Positions 30,195 to 44,859 of a DNA stretch of 64,000 bases are shown piece after piece; the stretch's first letter is position 1; the number at the start of each line of letters is the position of its first letter. The stretch comes from Octopus vulgaris (lineage: Eukaryota), in the NCBI GenBank assembly GCA_951406725.2, contig OX597826.1:47988001-48052000 (forward strand), given 5' to 3'. A model generated the notes under the pieces. The model was not told the DNA's origin. It saw nothing but the letters and a program-made list of their open reading frames with translations, and did no database searches. The translations under genes and the position numbers were made by a program.

Positions 30195-30495
30195 CTCAAA
30201 AGAGCTGTTCTTCACTCCTGCTCCAGAGCGTCGGCTGCGGGGTCACTCCGAAAAGCTCTATCTGCGACGATTTCATCTCAATCGAAGGAGAGGGGCTTTC
30301 TCCATCCAGGTTGCAGATCCGTGGAATAAGCTGCCGGACGAGATAGTGAAGATGCGCTGACGACCGCTCAGTTCAAAGTCTCTCTTGACCAGAAATGGCC
30401 TGAACTCTTTGCATGAACACCCTCCCTGTACGTAATTCCATGTCCCCCTACATGGCCTTGCTTTTTGAGCCAAAAAATTAACTTAACTTAACTTA
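30195..30495 (+). mobile_element. CR1-like LINE 3' end with (AACTT)n tail
   Basis: RLRGHSEKLYLRRFHLNRRRGAFSIQVADPWNKLPDEIV..FKVSLD, the CR1 C-terminal signature; tail ttaacttaacttaactt. Confidence 0.85.
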
Positions 30496-30736
30496 AGAAC
30501 ACTGGTTACAGGTAATTCAAAGTCACAGCCTGGTCATACATTTATATGCAAATTCAATATGTAGGTAATTAAGTTGATCAGTCAGCTTAATCTTCATCAT
30601 CAAAATCAACAGAGGACCATGTTGTCAGAATGAGTGATGAAAGAATACACAAAGTCCTTGTGTACAGCCAGCTTGAGAGTGGGCACAGGAATGCTGATCG
30701 ACCATGGTTCAGATATACGACGGGCTTCTTTCAGTT

Positions 30737-30970
30737 TCTTATTTCTTTATTGCCCACAAGGGGATAAACACAGAAGGAACAAACAAGGACAGATAAAGGG
30801 ATTAAGTCGATTAAATCGACCCCAGTGTGTAACTGGTACTTAATTTATCGACCCCGAAAGGATGAAAGGCAAAGTCGACCTCAGCAGAATTTGAACTCTG
30901 AACACAGCAGTGGACGAAATACCACAAAGCATTTTGCCTGGTGTGCTAACGTTTCTGCCAGCTCATCACC
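30737..30970 (-). mobile_element. SINE family B, flanked by SINE A fragments
   Basis: Family homology. Confidence 0.8.
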
Positions 30971-31266
30971 TTCTTACCACACATCATCTTACCACACAGC
31001 CACCCCCATATAAAATGCATATGTTACATCTGTATCTATTAATCAAGAACAATGGTGGTCCTCAGCCAGAGTTCATATGATCCCTTGCATTCTCATGCTC
31101 TTGGGGGTCCATATAAAATTTCGTTTTTTAAAATTAATGCACTATAAATCAGTTATACTTCTACAATGCATAACATATTGTAACAGGTTCTTATAAAGTT
31201 CCTAATAATATTTCGTTATAAAAATATGATTGGATCTTTTAAACATGGACCAGTTACGAGTATCTA

Positions 31267-31831
31267 TTGGGTTGCCTGGAAAGTTCATGCGGATTTATAG
31301 TAGCTTACCTTTCGACTTAGTTTAGAACATGGTTGAGAGCATAAAATAGGATTTGACTACTCCTCCATTTAGAGCACAGTTTAAGCTATCTTTTCGTGGA
31401 AGAAGGTTTATGTTCCTATAACCTGTGTTAATTCTGTAACCCTTTAAATGAAAGATAAGAAAGTCCGTTTTTGGCACTTGACGCTTTGGGAACCAGACAA
31501 AAATTGCTGCAGCTCGGTTGGAATGTGTTACCACACCTTCCATATTCACCAGATATTGCTCCTTCGGATTTCCACTTCTTCAGGTCTCTGCAGAATGGTC
31601 TTAATGGTAAAAATTTCAATTCCTTGGATGACATAAAACAATACCTTGATGAATTCTTTGCCATGAAACCATCTCAATTCTGGGAAGAGGGTATTTTCAA
31701 GTTAAAGGAAAGATGGAGACGCATTGTGCAACAAAATGGTTCACATTTGGTTGATTAAAAATGTAATGGCAAGTATTTATTAACCTTTTTCTTTCCTTTA
31801 AAAACTGACACGGACTTTCCGGACAACCCAA
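31267..31831 (+). mobile_element. Internally deleted mariner element (TIR to TIR, 565 bp)
   Basis: TA-flanked TIRs ttgggttgcctggaaagt / actttccggacaacccaa; ORF 31471-31758 LGWNVLPHLPYSPDIAPSDFHFFRSLQN...GIFKLKERWRRIV (YSPDLAPSD motif). Confidence 0.9.
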
Positions 31832-32260
31832 TAGTAAGGTAAATGCGAATCAAAGGCGTCCTATGGCAAAAAATAGTTGCGACCCACTGATCTAGAGAAA
31901 TCAATAATTTAGTTTTTTTCATCAAGTGTCTCAGTTGGACGAGAATTTTTTTATACAATTCCTTATGATATTTCATTATAGAAATATAATAGGATGTTTG
32001 AAACACACATTGATAATGATGCTTTCAAGTGTCTATATGTATATATCTGTAGACATCTGGACATACTTGTGCACACACACACATTTACATACATATCTAC
32101 ATATAAATGTTTGTGCATGTGTATGTGTGTATATATATATATATACTTGTGTCAATACATAGAATCATGCATATGCAAAAATTTGTGCAATTACACTTAT
32201 GAAGACATATTTGCATGTGAAGAATGCTGTGGTGCAAGATCTGTGAGTATGCCTTTATGT

Positions 32261-32297
<37 letters not shown>

Positions 32298-33954
32298 TTG
32301 TGTGTGTGTAGAAAGAGAGAGAGCAAGTTATGTGTGTGTGAGTGTATATCTTTAAACATGCAGGAAAACTATTTCATGTTCATATGTCAATCTTTAAGTT
32401 CATATCATATGTTTGTATGATTTTTACATTGGTTTGTGAGTGTGTTTTTTGCAATCACTCTTTCCAATATTCTCTCTATCTCTGTTTACCTCACTCGCTC
32501 TCTCTTTTTCTCTCTCTCCATCTCCCTCTCCTCATACATTTCAATAACTCACTCTGTGTGTGCACATGTGTGCATGAGTGTGTGTGTGTATGCATCATCA
32601 TGTATATGTCATTGTGAAGTAGTGTGGAAGAGAGTTTCACTAATGATGGTTAATATCAGTTATTTAGAAAACATTAAACAAAGTTATTAAACAAAAACAA
32701 TTCTTATAATTCTAGAACATTTCTTTGTTTCATGAGGTTTTTTTTCTTTCTTTTATTCATTTCTTCGTATGTTTCTTCCATTTTTTTTTTTTTTTTTCCT
32801 TTACCCTTAAGTTACTGAAGACAACCAGCAGTTGGCAGTATCTTATAGCCTACGGCTTTCACAAACGGTGTTTTTGTTTTTGTTTTTTTGTTTTTGCTTT
32901 TTTTTTTGTTTTTTTCTGATTTTTATATGCCATATTGTATTTCCTTACAATGAGACAAGAAGATCAGCCAAAAGCATGGCCGATTGCTTCAAACAGTAAA
33001 TGAAGCTTCCAACCGAGACCTTCCGACTATAATGGTAATGACAATGCCTCGCAACTCTCATCTGCTTCTGTACAAGAACGACAGACAAGACAGTGTGATC
33101 TGGAATGAACTACACATAAATACATCCATGCATATACATACATATATATACATCCATACATAAATATATACATAAATATATATATATATATATACATATC
33201 TATATTCATATTTATATATATTTACATATATATAAGTATTTATATGTATATGTACATATATATATATACATATGGATGTATATGTGAAATGTCTTTTGAA
33301 GGATCAACAGAGATTAAATAATACATTTATTTTTTATATTTTTGAAGAGAAAAGAATGAAAATTATCAGTTACAACTTTTTTAATCATTCTTCTTTCATT
33401 TGTAAAGTTTCATCTTCCATTTTTTCTTCTTCTTCTTCTTCGTTTTTTTTTCTTTTTCACATAGCTTCATCTTACACAATTAGTCTACTTTTGTAATTCT
33501 TACTGAAAATATCTCCTGGTTAAAGACAGTTATGGTAGCTTAATTGTTGCTAGGAAGATATCTCTGGCTATTGCCATATATATTTAATGTCATCCTTTTA
33601 TTATTCTCCGTTATGTCAAAGAATCATCATTATTTTTCTTTCTTTCTCTCAATTATTTCTGTTTCATCTCTTCCTAAAGCCAACTATATTTTTGTAATAT
33701 CGCAGACAGAACAATATTTTTTTCTAGTTTATAACTAACTTACTCTTGTTTACTTTTCAATCTCTTTTCTCTTCAAATAATCCCAACAAAGATTTTCATT
33801 GTAATTTTCTTTATATATTTTATTTTATCTCATAGTTCTATACTTTTTGTTTTCTTTTTGTCTTTGACATCTGCCAAAAATCGAAAAGTCAAGTGAAGTT
33901 TATCAATAAACATTGGATGTCAAGAATTATTACCATTTCATTGTTTGGTCATTT

Positions 33955-34111
33955 TGTTAACATTCATAGCGTAATAATAATGACAATAATAATAATAAAA
34001 AAATAATAATAATAATAATAAATAGAAACAAAAAGATGCTGACAGTATTTTGTGTCTTGTTGTTGTTGTTATATTGGATGAGAAGGATTGCAATGACAAT
34101 GATGGTGGTGG

Positions 34112-34143
<32 letters not shown>

Positions 34144-34530
34144 TTGATGGTGGTGGTGATAACGGGAGTGAGGATGAGTATTATTATCTGTAAAATCACC
34201 ATCATTATCATCTTCAATGTCATTTTCAATATCATCTTCAATATCATCATCATCATCATCCCAATCATCAATATCATTCATCATCATCTTTATCATCAGT
34301 GTCATCTTCATCACCATTACCATCATCATCATCATCATCATCATCATCTTTATCATCATGCCGTTGTCGTTGTCACCATCGCCATTATCATCATCAACAT
34401 CATCGTCAGATCCTCATCACCATCATCATCGACCTCATTGTCATTGTCGGTGTCAGCATCATCATCATAATCATCATCAGCAACAGCAGCAACAACAATA
34501 ACAGCAGCAACAGCAGCTGCAGTAACCTTA
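33955..34530. repeat. Degenerate trinucleotide (AAT/GAT/CAT/CAG) region
   Basis: Directly visible. Confidence 0.9.
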
Positions 34531-34756
34531 TTATTATATTATACTATACACTAAATATATATATACATCACCACTTTCTGCTTTATATACCTCAAGCAAC
34601 ATCCCAGTTACAAAGTTGCTTTCTTATCCACTCATCCACTCACCCACTTTCCTCCTTCTCTTTTTATATTCATATTCACAATGGCCCTCCATCAGATCTT
34701 GATCAACCTGTTCCTCACCAGAAGCCAACAGTTTACTTGTTTTCATGTATCAGCTT

Positions 34757-34920
34757 TCCTTATTTCTTTATTGCCCACAAGGGGCCAAACATAGAGGGGA
34801 CAAACAAGGACAGACAAACGGATTAAGTCGATTACATCAACCCCAGTGCATAACTGGTACCTAATTTATCGACCCCGAAAGGATGAAAGGCAAAGTCGAC
34901 CTCGGCGGAATTGAACTCAG
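34757..34920 (-). mobile_element. SINE family B, partial
   Basis: Family homology. Confidence 0.8.
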
Positions 34921-35231
34921 GTTTTCATATATCAGCTTTCCTGCTTATGTATTTGTCAGAAAACAAAACCATTTTTCTTCTTTTTATTGTTTTCCTTTTT
35001 TGAATCTGTAGTAAATAAAATTAAGTTCAAAGAATTTTTTCTCTCACCCTATACACTACATTGTTTCATATTCTACTCCCTAGTAATTATTAGTGTCACT
35101 TAACCCTTTTGATACCAAGTCACCTAAAACTGTTTATGGTTCTATGATCCAAATTTCCTGCTTTAAAATGGTCTAAATTAAAATCTTTCATTAAAATTTC
35201 AAGAAAATTTGCAAAAACCTGCTGAAATAAT

Positions 35232-35440
35232 CTTTTCTACTTTAGGCACAAGACCAGCAAATTTTGTTGGGAGATGGTGAGTCAATTACAACAACTCCAG
35301 TGTTCAACTGGTACTTATTTTATCAACCCTGAAAGGATAAAAGGCAAAGTTGACCTCAGCAGAATTTGAACTCAGAACATAAAGAGAGACAGAATGTCGC
35401 TAAGCATTTTGCTCAACATGCTAACGATTCTGCCAACTCA
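35232..35440 (-). mobile_element. SINE family B
   Basis: Family homology. Confidence 0.8.
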
Positions 35441-35647
35441 CTAATATTACTTGCTTAAATAGTGACAATAATTGCTTCGTTATTTTCAAAAGTGATTGAA
35501 ATGAAAACAGTTGTATAGTTCTATATTTAAGAGATGAGGAATTATGTACATTATTTACATTATTTATACGGGCATATGGTGTAGTGGTTAAGAGAGCGGG
35601 CTGCTAACCCCGAGTTCCGAGTTTAATTCCAAGCAGTAGCTTCTTTA

Positions 35648-36043
35648 ACTCTTTTACTTGTTTCAGTCATTTGACTGCAGCCATGCTGGAGCACTGCCTT
35701 TAGTCAAGCAAATCAACCCCAAGACTTATTCTTTGGAAGCCTAGTACTTATTCTATCAGTATTTGTTGCCGAACCGCTAAGTTACGGGGACGTAAACACA
35801 CCACCATCAGTTGTCAAGTGCTGTTGGGGGGACAGGAACAGACACACAAATATATACACACACATACAAATATATACATATATATGACAGGCGTCTTTCA
35901 GTTTCCATCTACCAAATCCACTCACAAGGCTTTGGTCAGCCCAAGGCTATAGAAGACACTTGCCCAAGGTGTCATGCAGTGGGACTGAACCCAGAACCAT
36001 GTGGTTGGTAAGCAAGCTATTTACCACAAGCCACTCCTGCACC
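35648..36043 (-). mobile_element. SINE family A
   Basis: Family homology. Confidence 0.88.
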
Positions 36044-36064
36044 TACAATGACAATGGTGGCAAT

Positions 36065-36315
36065 GTGGAGGCGCATAGCTTAGTGGTTAGGGTGTCAGCA
36101 CCGTGATCGTAAGATTGTGGTTTCGATTCCTGGACTGGGCAACACGTTGTGTTCTTGAGCAAAACACTTCATTTCACATTACTCCAGTCCACTCAGCTGG
36201 CAAAAATGAGTAATGCTGTGATGGACTGGCGTCCCGCTCAGCAAGGGAACACATACACCATTGAAACTGGAAAAATGGGCCCATGAGCCTGACTAGGCTT
36301 TAAAAGGGCACGCAA
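36065..36315 (+). mobile_element. SINE family C
   Basis: gtggaggcgcatagcttagtggttagg (A box) ... ggtttcgattcc (B box). Confidence 0.8.
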
Positions 36316-37448
36316 AAAAAAACATTGGTAATGTTGTTGACGATGATATGGATGATAATGAAGATGATGATGATGATTTAAAGTCAATGATGATGATGAT
36401 AATGACTGTGCCAAGGATGATAATGTTAATAATAACAATGATGATGTCAATGAGGCTAATAGAGATGACGATGATGATGAGAATGATGACAATAATGATG
36501 ACGACAACGATGTAATGATAATAATGATGATGGTTAGGATGATGGTTCTAATCAATAAAAATAGGAGATAGGAATAAGAACTGGTAATAAGTCTTGTGAC
36601 TGAAACCAATCACAAGAATTCCAAAATAGCTAAACAAAAATAGTTCACACAAAAACAATACATACAAAAATAGTTAATACCAACACACACTGAAAACCAC
36701 CACAATTACTATGTCATTATAGAACCTCAGTTTCTAACCTCTTTCACATCACCGCTGGTCATTTTGCTCAACCGTATTTCCTGAAATGCGATGAAAGGAG
36801 GAAATTTTCATTTGCATTGACCTTGTACCATTTTCAACCTCATCACAGACAATTCTAAGAAGGTCATGAAAATAAAGATTCATTGCAAAGTATTTCTAAG
36901 ATTTTGTCTTCTAATCTGAATATAAATGGTAAGAATCATGAATAAATTCATTGTAATCATGTCTTTCCCATGACTGTAACTAGAGGAGTTTAGAGGACAG
37001 GTTCAGATTAATGTTGCTTAAGTTGTCCTCTGGTGAAGACATACGTACAAGTGAATTCCCTACCACCTAGAGATTGAGGGACATTTCTATGGATGTTTAT
37101 GAATAAATGTGTCTGCATGCCTGTATTGATGTACCTATGTATGTATGTATGTATGTATGTATGTATGTGTAAATATATATGCATATATATATATATGTAC
37201 ACATAAATATATGGATGGTTGTATATCTATAGATATAGATATATAGATATATATACATGTGTGTATGCGCATCTGTGTATGTGTATATGTATACATATGC
37301 ACACATGCACACACACATACACACACACACATACATCAAAATTTGTATCAGAATATCTGTTTATCCTTTACATCATCATTGTTTATATAGATACATTCAT
37401 CCATATACATACATACATATATATAGATATCGATACATGTGTGTGAAC

Positions 37449-37499
<51 letters not shown>

Positions 37500-38018
37500 C
37501 ATGCACTCATACACATGCACACACTTACATATGTGTGTGTATATATGTATATATGTGTATGTATATATATATATTTGTATATTTATATATCTATATATAC
37601 GGACATAGGCATGTGTGTGTATGCTATATATACACTTGTTTTCTTTATATATACTTGTGTATGAGTCTATATGTGCATGTATATATCTGTATATGATTTA
37701 ATGTATATATTTATGTGTGTGTGTGTGTGTGTGTGGGTTATGTGTGTGTGTGTATGTTTATGTGCATGCTTGTACACATGCATGTGGGTTGCGTTGTTGT
37801 CATTGTTGTTGACAAAAGCTTCCCCATGTCCATCTTCCTCTGCAAATCCACATCACAACAGCTGGTGTTATGCACAAAAACTGAAAGATGTATCTGATGA
37901 GGATGACAACAACACAGACAGAGTCTTTGCTTTTCAACTTTATTGTCAGTCAGGCAATTCATTGAATATAAGTAATACGATTTATATCATTGTGTCAGTG
38001 CTCACTTCATAGAAAGAA

Positions 38019-38080
<62 letters not shown>

Positions 38081-38307
38081 TTGTGTTTAATTGTGTGTAT
38101 GTATGTGTGTGTGCCTGTGATATATGCATCTATACACACACATGCACATATAAAGCATGTATGTGTATGTAATGTAAAGATATATGTATATGTATATGTG
38201 TATATATATGTGCGTGTCTGTGTGTATGTATATTTATATATACATACACACATGCATATATATATATATATACAGCCACATACACACACATGTACAAATG
38301 CATATGT

Positions 38308-38379
<72 letters not shown>

Positions 38380-39008
38380 TTATTTATATATAGACACACA
38401 CACACATATATATATGCATGTATATGTATATATGTGTATGTAAGGCTTTGTAAAGGTGAAAGAAAGAGAGAAAGTGAGAGAGTGTCAGTGAGAAGCAAGT
38501 TACAGTGAGACGCTAAAGAGACGCAGCAAGAGAACAACTATGCGATTAGTTGCAAAGCCTCTGGCTATAGCAATCAGCCCCAACATTTCGAAAGAGTTTT
38601 CCAAGTCCTGCCTGAAGACATTTTCAAGGACTTGGCAGGTCATCAGTGGTCCTTGTGTGTCCTTTGACAACATGCTGTCTATAATGTCATCGGAGAAGAA
38701 TGGTTTCTGCTGATGTTCTGCAGAAAACGATGATATTGACGAGAGCAATAACTGCCGGCTTGAGATAACCGCAAAGAAATTCAGGTTATTTTAAACTGAT
38801 GTTAAACTATTTCGGTTGTTTTTAATGGAAGCAACAGGTATTTTGAGGTTAAAGAACCCGTAACAAAGAGAAGAAAGAAAGGAAATGGAGAAGAAAAAGG
38901 AAGAGGAAAAGATGGGAAGGAAGATGGAAAAAATGTAGAAGACAGTGATAGAGCAAGACAAATATAAATGGTGAGTGTATGAGGATATATAGATATATGT
39001 GTGTAAGC

Positions 39009-39052
<44 letters not shown>

Positions 39053-39849
39053 CTGTGTGTGTACATATACATATATGCGCACACACACCTTATATGTGTG
39101 TGTAGTGTGAAATGGAAGAAACAAGAGATATTAAAATATAGCACATATACTCACATACCCATACACATATATACACTTATACACACACACTTACACATGC
39201 ACACATACACTCACATATATGTACACACACACACACACACACACACATGAATTGGTATATTAGCTCTGAGGAAGGAAGTGATATATTTTGAATGAAAGAT
39301 TTTATTTGAATAAGAGTATATTTTTTTTTCAATCTTATTTTATTTTCATTTTATTTCTTTTTTAAAGAGAATAGTTTCTGTTACTCTATGAGGTTGCTTC
39401 CAGTCTTTCAATGATGCACAGGACAAAAAACTTTATTTTTTTAAATAAAACTAATTCTTTTTTTTATTATTATCATTATTATTATTTTTCATCAATACCA
39501 ATATCTATGTGGATTTCTTATTGAGAATTTCATCTTATTTTTTGTGTATTTTATATATTCATTGTTTGCCATTTAATTTTCAAAGAATTTTGTTGGTTAT
39601 TTCAAAAAACAAATGTCTTTTCTTCAGGAACTGAATGCCTTTTCTACTGCTGCTAATGATTCTTGCAAGGAAACAAAAATAGAGTAAAACTTATTGTTTA
39701 TTTGACACAACATATAAAAGAATGACTGTTGGAAAAAAACTGTTATACTGGGTAACGTGTTTTGTATAATTCTCACACCACTTGGAAATGATTCACCTAA
39801 ACTTTCTCTCTCTCTCCTCTCTCTCTCTCTCTTTCCATAATATATATTC

Positions 39850-40063
39850 TTTTCTACTCTAGGCACAAGGCCCGAAATTTTTGACAAGGCAGCCAGTCTA
39901 TTAGATCGACATCAGTACGCAACTGGTACTTGATTTATCAACCCCGAAAGAATAAAAGGCAAAGTCGACCTTGGTAGAATGTGAACTCAGAACATAGAGA
40001 CAGGTGAAATACCACTAAGCCTTTTGCCTGGTTTGCTTATGTTTCTGCCAGCTCACCACCTTT
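39850..40063 (-). mobile_element. SINE family B
   Basis: Family homology. Confidence 0.8.
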
Positions 40064-40473
40064 ACCATAAAATATATTGTATTTCATGTAAGTGCAGACA
40101 TGGCTCTGTGGTTAAAATACTCTCTTCGCAATCACATAGTGTCAGGTTCCGCCCCACTGCATAACAACTTAAGCAAGTGTATTCTGCTATGGGTCCAGAC
40201 TAGCCAATGTCCTGAGAAGGAATTTGAGAGACAGAAATTGTGCAAAGACCATCGTACAGACATGTACACACATACACACACATGCATACACATGTTCACT
40301 AGCCCATCTTCCTTCTAAGGTCAAATAATGTGATCTAAGTCTCTACATTCCTATTGGCAACTAACCCTGGTTTCTTATCTCTGCCAGTTAACATTTGTGA
40401 TTCGGGAGGGTCCAAATTCTCACACGACATTGAAAGTTTAATGTGCTTAGCCATAAAGGATGAAACCTAAACA

Positions 40474-40893
40474 GCGCAGGAGTGGCTGTGTGGTAAGTAG
40501 CTTGTTTACCAACCACATGGTTCCGGGTTCAGTCCCACTGCGTGGCACCTTGGGCAAATGTCTTCTACTATAGCTTTGGGCCAACCAAAGCCTTGTGAGT
40601 GGATTTGGTAGATGGAAACTGAAAGAAGCCTGTCATATATATATATATGTATATATATATATGTGTGCATGTATGTTTGTATGTCTGTGTTTGTCCCCCT
40701 AGCATTGCTTGACAACCGATGCTGGTGTCTTTATGTCCCCGTCACTTAGCGGTTCGGCAAAAGAGACTGATAGAATAAGTACTGGGCTTACAAAGAATAA
40801 GTCCCAGGGTCGAGTTGCTCGATTAAAGGTGGTGCTCCAGCATGGCCACAGTCAAATAACTGAAACAAGTAAAAGAGAAAAGAGAGAAAGAGT
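40474..40893 (+). mobile_element. SINE family A, full length
   Basis: Family homology. Confidence 0.88.
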
Positions 40894-41289
40894 AAAATTA
40901 TCATGCTCTGAGTGCATTCACTCCTGCTTATACGTGCATATGGGTTGCGCATTTAAATATGTATGAATATATTTCTATGTATATTTATATAGTTATTGCC
41001 AGCTAACATGGCAGTCCAGAAAAATAGGACAAATGCTGCCGTTGATTAGCCCCAAGAGGCCATCACCTCTAGCTAGCTATGTGATACACAAACCTGTGTC
41101 CATTACAACCTTCAAAGGTTCACTAAAAACACGTTCAGCCATTGCTCTGTACATGTTTCATGAGCTAGAGGATTTTTAACTTGCAAAAAAACAGGTGAGG
41201 GTCAGTGACAGGAAAAGCACCCGTCTGTAAAATATTTGTCTCAAAAAATTTCTTCTGACCTATGGAAGCAAAATAAAAGTAGATGCTAA

Positions 41290-41750
41290 AACAATAATGA
41301 TGATAGTGATGATGATGATTATGAAGACGACAATGACGACGACGACGATGATGATGATAACGATGATGATGGTGATGGTGATGATTATGATTATAAGGAC
41401 AACAACAATGAGGATGATAACAACGAAGACGATGATGACAATAATGATGATGATGATGATGGTGATGATTATGATGATGCTGACAATGATGATGATGATA
41501 TCGACAACAATGATGATGATGCTGATGCTGATGGCAATGATTATGACAATGACAACAATATTGATGACAACCATGGTGATGATGATGATGATGATAATAA
41601 TGATGATGATGATGGTGATGATTATGATGATGCTGACAATGATGATGATGATATCGACAACAATGATGATGATGTCGATGGTGATGGCAATGATTACGAC
41701 AATGACAACAATACTGATGACAACCATGGTGATGATGATGATGATGATAC
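41290..41750. repeat. Degenerate (GAT/GAC)n repeat with an internal ~150-bp tandem duplication
   Basis: Block ggtgatgattatgatgatgctgacaatgatgatgatgatatcgacaac...gatgacaaccatggtgat occurs twice. Confidence 0.9.
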
Positions 41751-43494
41751 CATCTTCACATTATTTTGGACATGACACTGATGAATTCTGATATGAAGGT
41801 TGCCAAAACTGAGATGGCTATCGAGAACTCGACAAAGATATCAAAATATTTAAGGCTCAGCGTAAAATTTCTTGTTGACTTTTCATATTTATCACACTTT
41901 GACAGGATGTCAATAACAATTAGAGTAGTGACTGTTTTGACAGATTTGTAGCCGATGGAAAAAAATGGAGTGAGTTATTATAGCAAGTGAGAGATAAAGA
42001 AGTCGGTGGGGAAGAAAATGAGAATGTGAAATAAAACAATAAGGAAGGGAACGAAAAAGATTATTTTGGATATAAAAGAAAATAATTTACTGATAGAATG
42101 GATGAGAGAAAAATAGATGAAGACTAGAGAATGAGAGGACACTTATACATATGTATATATATATATATGTTTATGTGTATGTGTGTGTATACAATGATTA
42201 CTGACAGGGGGAGAAATAATATGAAAAATGACTATTTTTGTTTTGTGTACAAATAATACTTTGAGGAAAACTTTGTTGTAATGGTCCTTAAAACTACAAT
42301 ATTTTTCCGTATCTGAAATATTTCATCTGACAAGAAAATTAGTCCAGTCCGAACATTTTTTCTTTTGAATTCCATAAAACTAAAACTATTCAGAATTTTT
42401 CCCCAGGAATATATTTTCTTCAACCATATTCCGGAACTTCATTATCATCTTCTCTATATTTCTTTTGTTTCTCAATATACTGTCCTCCCTTAGTCAAGTA
42501 AAGTTGAATATACTCAGCTGAAGAGTTCTAATAAAAGTGAAACATACCCATTACTTTTACCAATTCATTTTAAAGACCAGATCTGATCCAATCTACAATC
42601 TCTGTGTCATCTTAAAATTTCAATCAATTGATCTTAATGAAGTTATTTCCCTTTCTTGTAGTGTTAGATTTTTCAACACACCCAAAGGGAAGCTTTTCTT
42701 TACTAATGGTTCTTTTCTTTTTTAAGTTGTCTCAATCATTCAACGGTGGTCAAGCTGGGACACTCTTTTGAAGGGTTTAGTCAAACAAACTAACATCAGT
42801 ACTTATTTTTCAAGCTTAGTTCTCATTCTAAAGGTCTCTTTTGCAAAATACTAATTTACAGTGTCATAAACTAACCAACCTTGCTTGTCAGATGGTGAGA
42901 GAGGGAGGTCAAATACAATATAAACCCAAAGACATACACACATATCCACCCATAGACAAGCACACATACATATTCATACATAGACAAACATACACATACA
43001 TAATTGACAGGCTTCAACACAGTCTCCATTTGTCAAATTTACTCACAAGATCTGGGGCTGTAGTAAAAGACACTTGCCTAAGATGCTGCATAGTGGAACT
43101 GAACCCAAAACCATTTGGTTACAAAGCAAGCTTCATAACCACACAGCCATATCTGTCTCAGTAATCATAGTTTTTCAACTCTTTATATTATATATGTGAA
43201 ACCCTAAAACCTTACTATATTTGTATTTGGAAATCAGAATGCTTCTCTGAGATATTTGGGGCTCCAAAATATTTTTGATACGTTTTCACAGTCCTACATT
43301 ATATATTGTATTAGCTCTGGAGAACAGAAAATCTTTAACCCTGACTAATTTCCGTTACAGATTCTCTAGGATTATCAGATTAAGCTGGCTTATATTTGAT
43401 AGACCCAGTCATGATTTTCTCACATTGCATTTTGTAGGGCCAGTTGAATTACATCTCATGTCCATACTGTGCTGTTCATTAAAATGCTGATTTT

Positions 43495-43985
43495 TGTAGG
43501 CGATCTACATACACACTTGCACCAATCTTTTTCAACCATTTTGGTAGGTGAGTGCTGATACTTCCAAGTGCACCAATTACTACTGGTATCATGTCTACTC
43601 TCTTCATTGCCCACAACCTTCATATTTTCCACTTCATTTTTCTTCTTCTTTCACATTGATCCTGTTATCACTGGGACATGCTATGTCAATAATTATACAT
43701 GTTCTTTCTTTCTTATTCACCACAACAATGTCCGGTTTCCAATGTCTGGTCAGGTGATCACACTGGATCCTTGCATCCCACAGAATTTTGCAGTCCTCAT
43801 TTTCAGTGACTCCTTCTGGAGTTTTCCCATACCACGTCTTTGCTCTTTGTAGGCCATGATTTTCCCAAAGCTCCCAATGGATCGTTCTTGCCACATTGTT
43901 GTGGCATCTTTTGTATTCATACTGTGCCAATTTCAGGCATTTGCTAATGATGTGCCATACCGTTTCACCCCTCTCGCCACATCTG
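43495..43985 (-). mobile_element. R4/Dong-like non-LTR retrotransposon fragment (restriction-like endonuclease domain)
   Basis: ORF 43634-43930: YKRCHNNVARTIHWEL..WY..ENEDCKILWDARIQCD..KPDIVVVNKKERTCIIIDIACP (RHN, ILWD, PD..D motifs). Confidence 0.85.
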
Positions 43986-44813
43986 TCACTGTTGGTAGTG
44001 ATGTGTATTCCTCACTTCATATAGTTGGTCACTATCGGTAATGTTGCCTATTCTACCCTTAAGCAAGATATTCGAAGAGATGGCAGAAAGCCGAATGTTC
44101 TGCGGATAGATATGGATTGATGGGCAGACAATGTTATATGCATAGGCAGTTTAACTATCAGTTACCATGACTTGGTTGCTTGTACCATGCTTTCACTAAT
44201 TTCTTTAGTTGCCCTTGTAGTTGTGAGTTGACACAAACACTCTCTTGGCCCTCCATCCCAAGATCCAGTGGAACATTCAGAAAAGGAAGCTGAGTAAACT
44301 GGAACCATGTGGAATGAAGTCCCACACTCAAGGACACAATGCTGGAGCAAGTTCAGGAATTGAACCTATAATCTAATAACTGCAAGGTCAAGATCTTAAC
44401 CACCAGGCCAAATCACGTAATTATATGACCAACCAGACTATCAAATTTTACATATCACTGGTCACAATGTGCTTTGCATTGTCTTAGCCTTCAAATGACG
44501 CCACCCCGATGGAAGGCCAGCAATCCCATCCCTGATCGAAGGGGGAATGGAGAGCAATGAGAAAAGAAGTGTTTCGCTCAAGAACACAATGCATTACCAA
44601 GTCAGGAAATCGAACCCACAACTTAGCAATCATGGGTGCAACAGACTAACCACTAGGCCACATGCCTAGGCAGATGACAGATGGGGTGGGCTGGGGTAGA
44701 GGAAGGGTCAGAGGTTATGGTAAAAAAGTGAAGACTGGTTCAAATCTTGATTGCATTTTCTTTATTTTTTGCATTGTTTATTTTTTATTTACTACTACTA
44801 CTACCACTACTAC

Positions 44814-44859
<46 letters not shown>

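Noticed and set aside
35570-35640. tRNA gene candidate with A/B-box-like motifs
   Set aside because: No complete cloverleaf or acceptor stem; better explained as a truncated tRNA-derived SINE head.
38595-38640. Minus-strand similarity to miR-31 (aggcaggacttgg)
   Set aside because: Seed differs (GGCAGGA vs GGCAAGA) and the remainder aligns poorly.
41290-41775. Asp-rich open frame resembling acidic biomineral proteins, and the Met-rich ORF 41297-41791
   Set aside because: In-frame TAA immediately upstream with no start codon or in-phase acceptor; variant codons are mostly near-neighbours of GAT, as expected for a decaying trinucleotide repeat.
42515-42552. CTGAAGAG...GAAACATA hammerhead-like string
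   Set aside because: Stems I and II do not pair convincingly.
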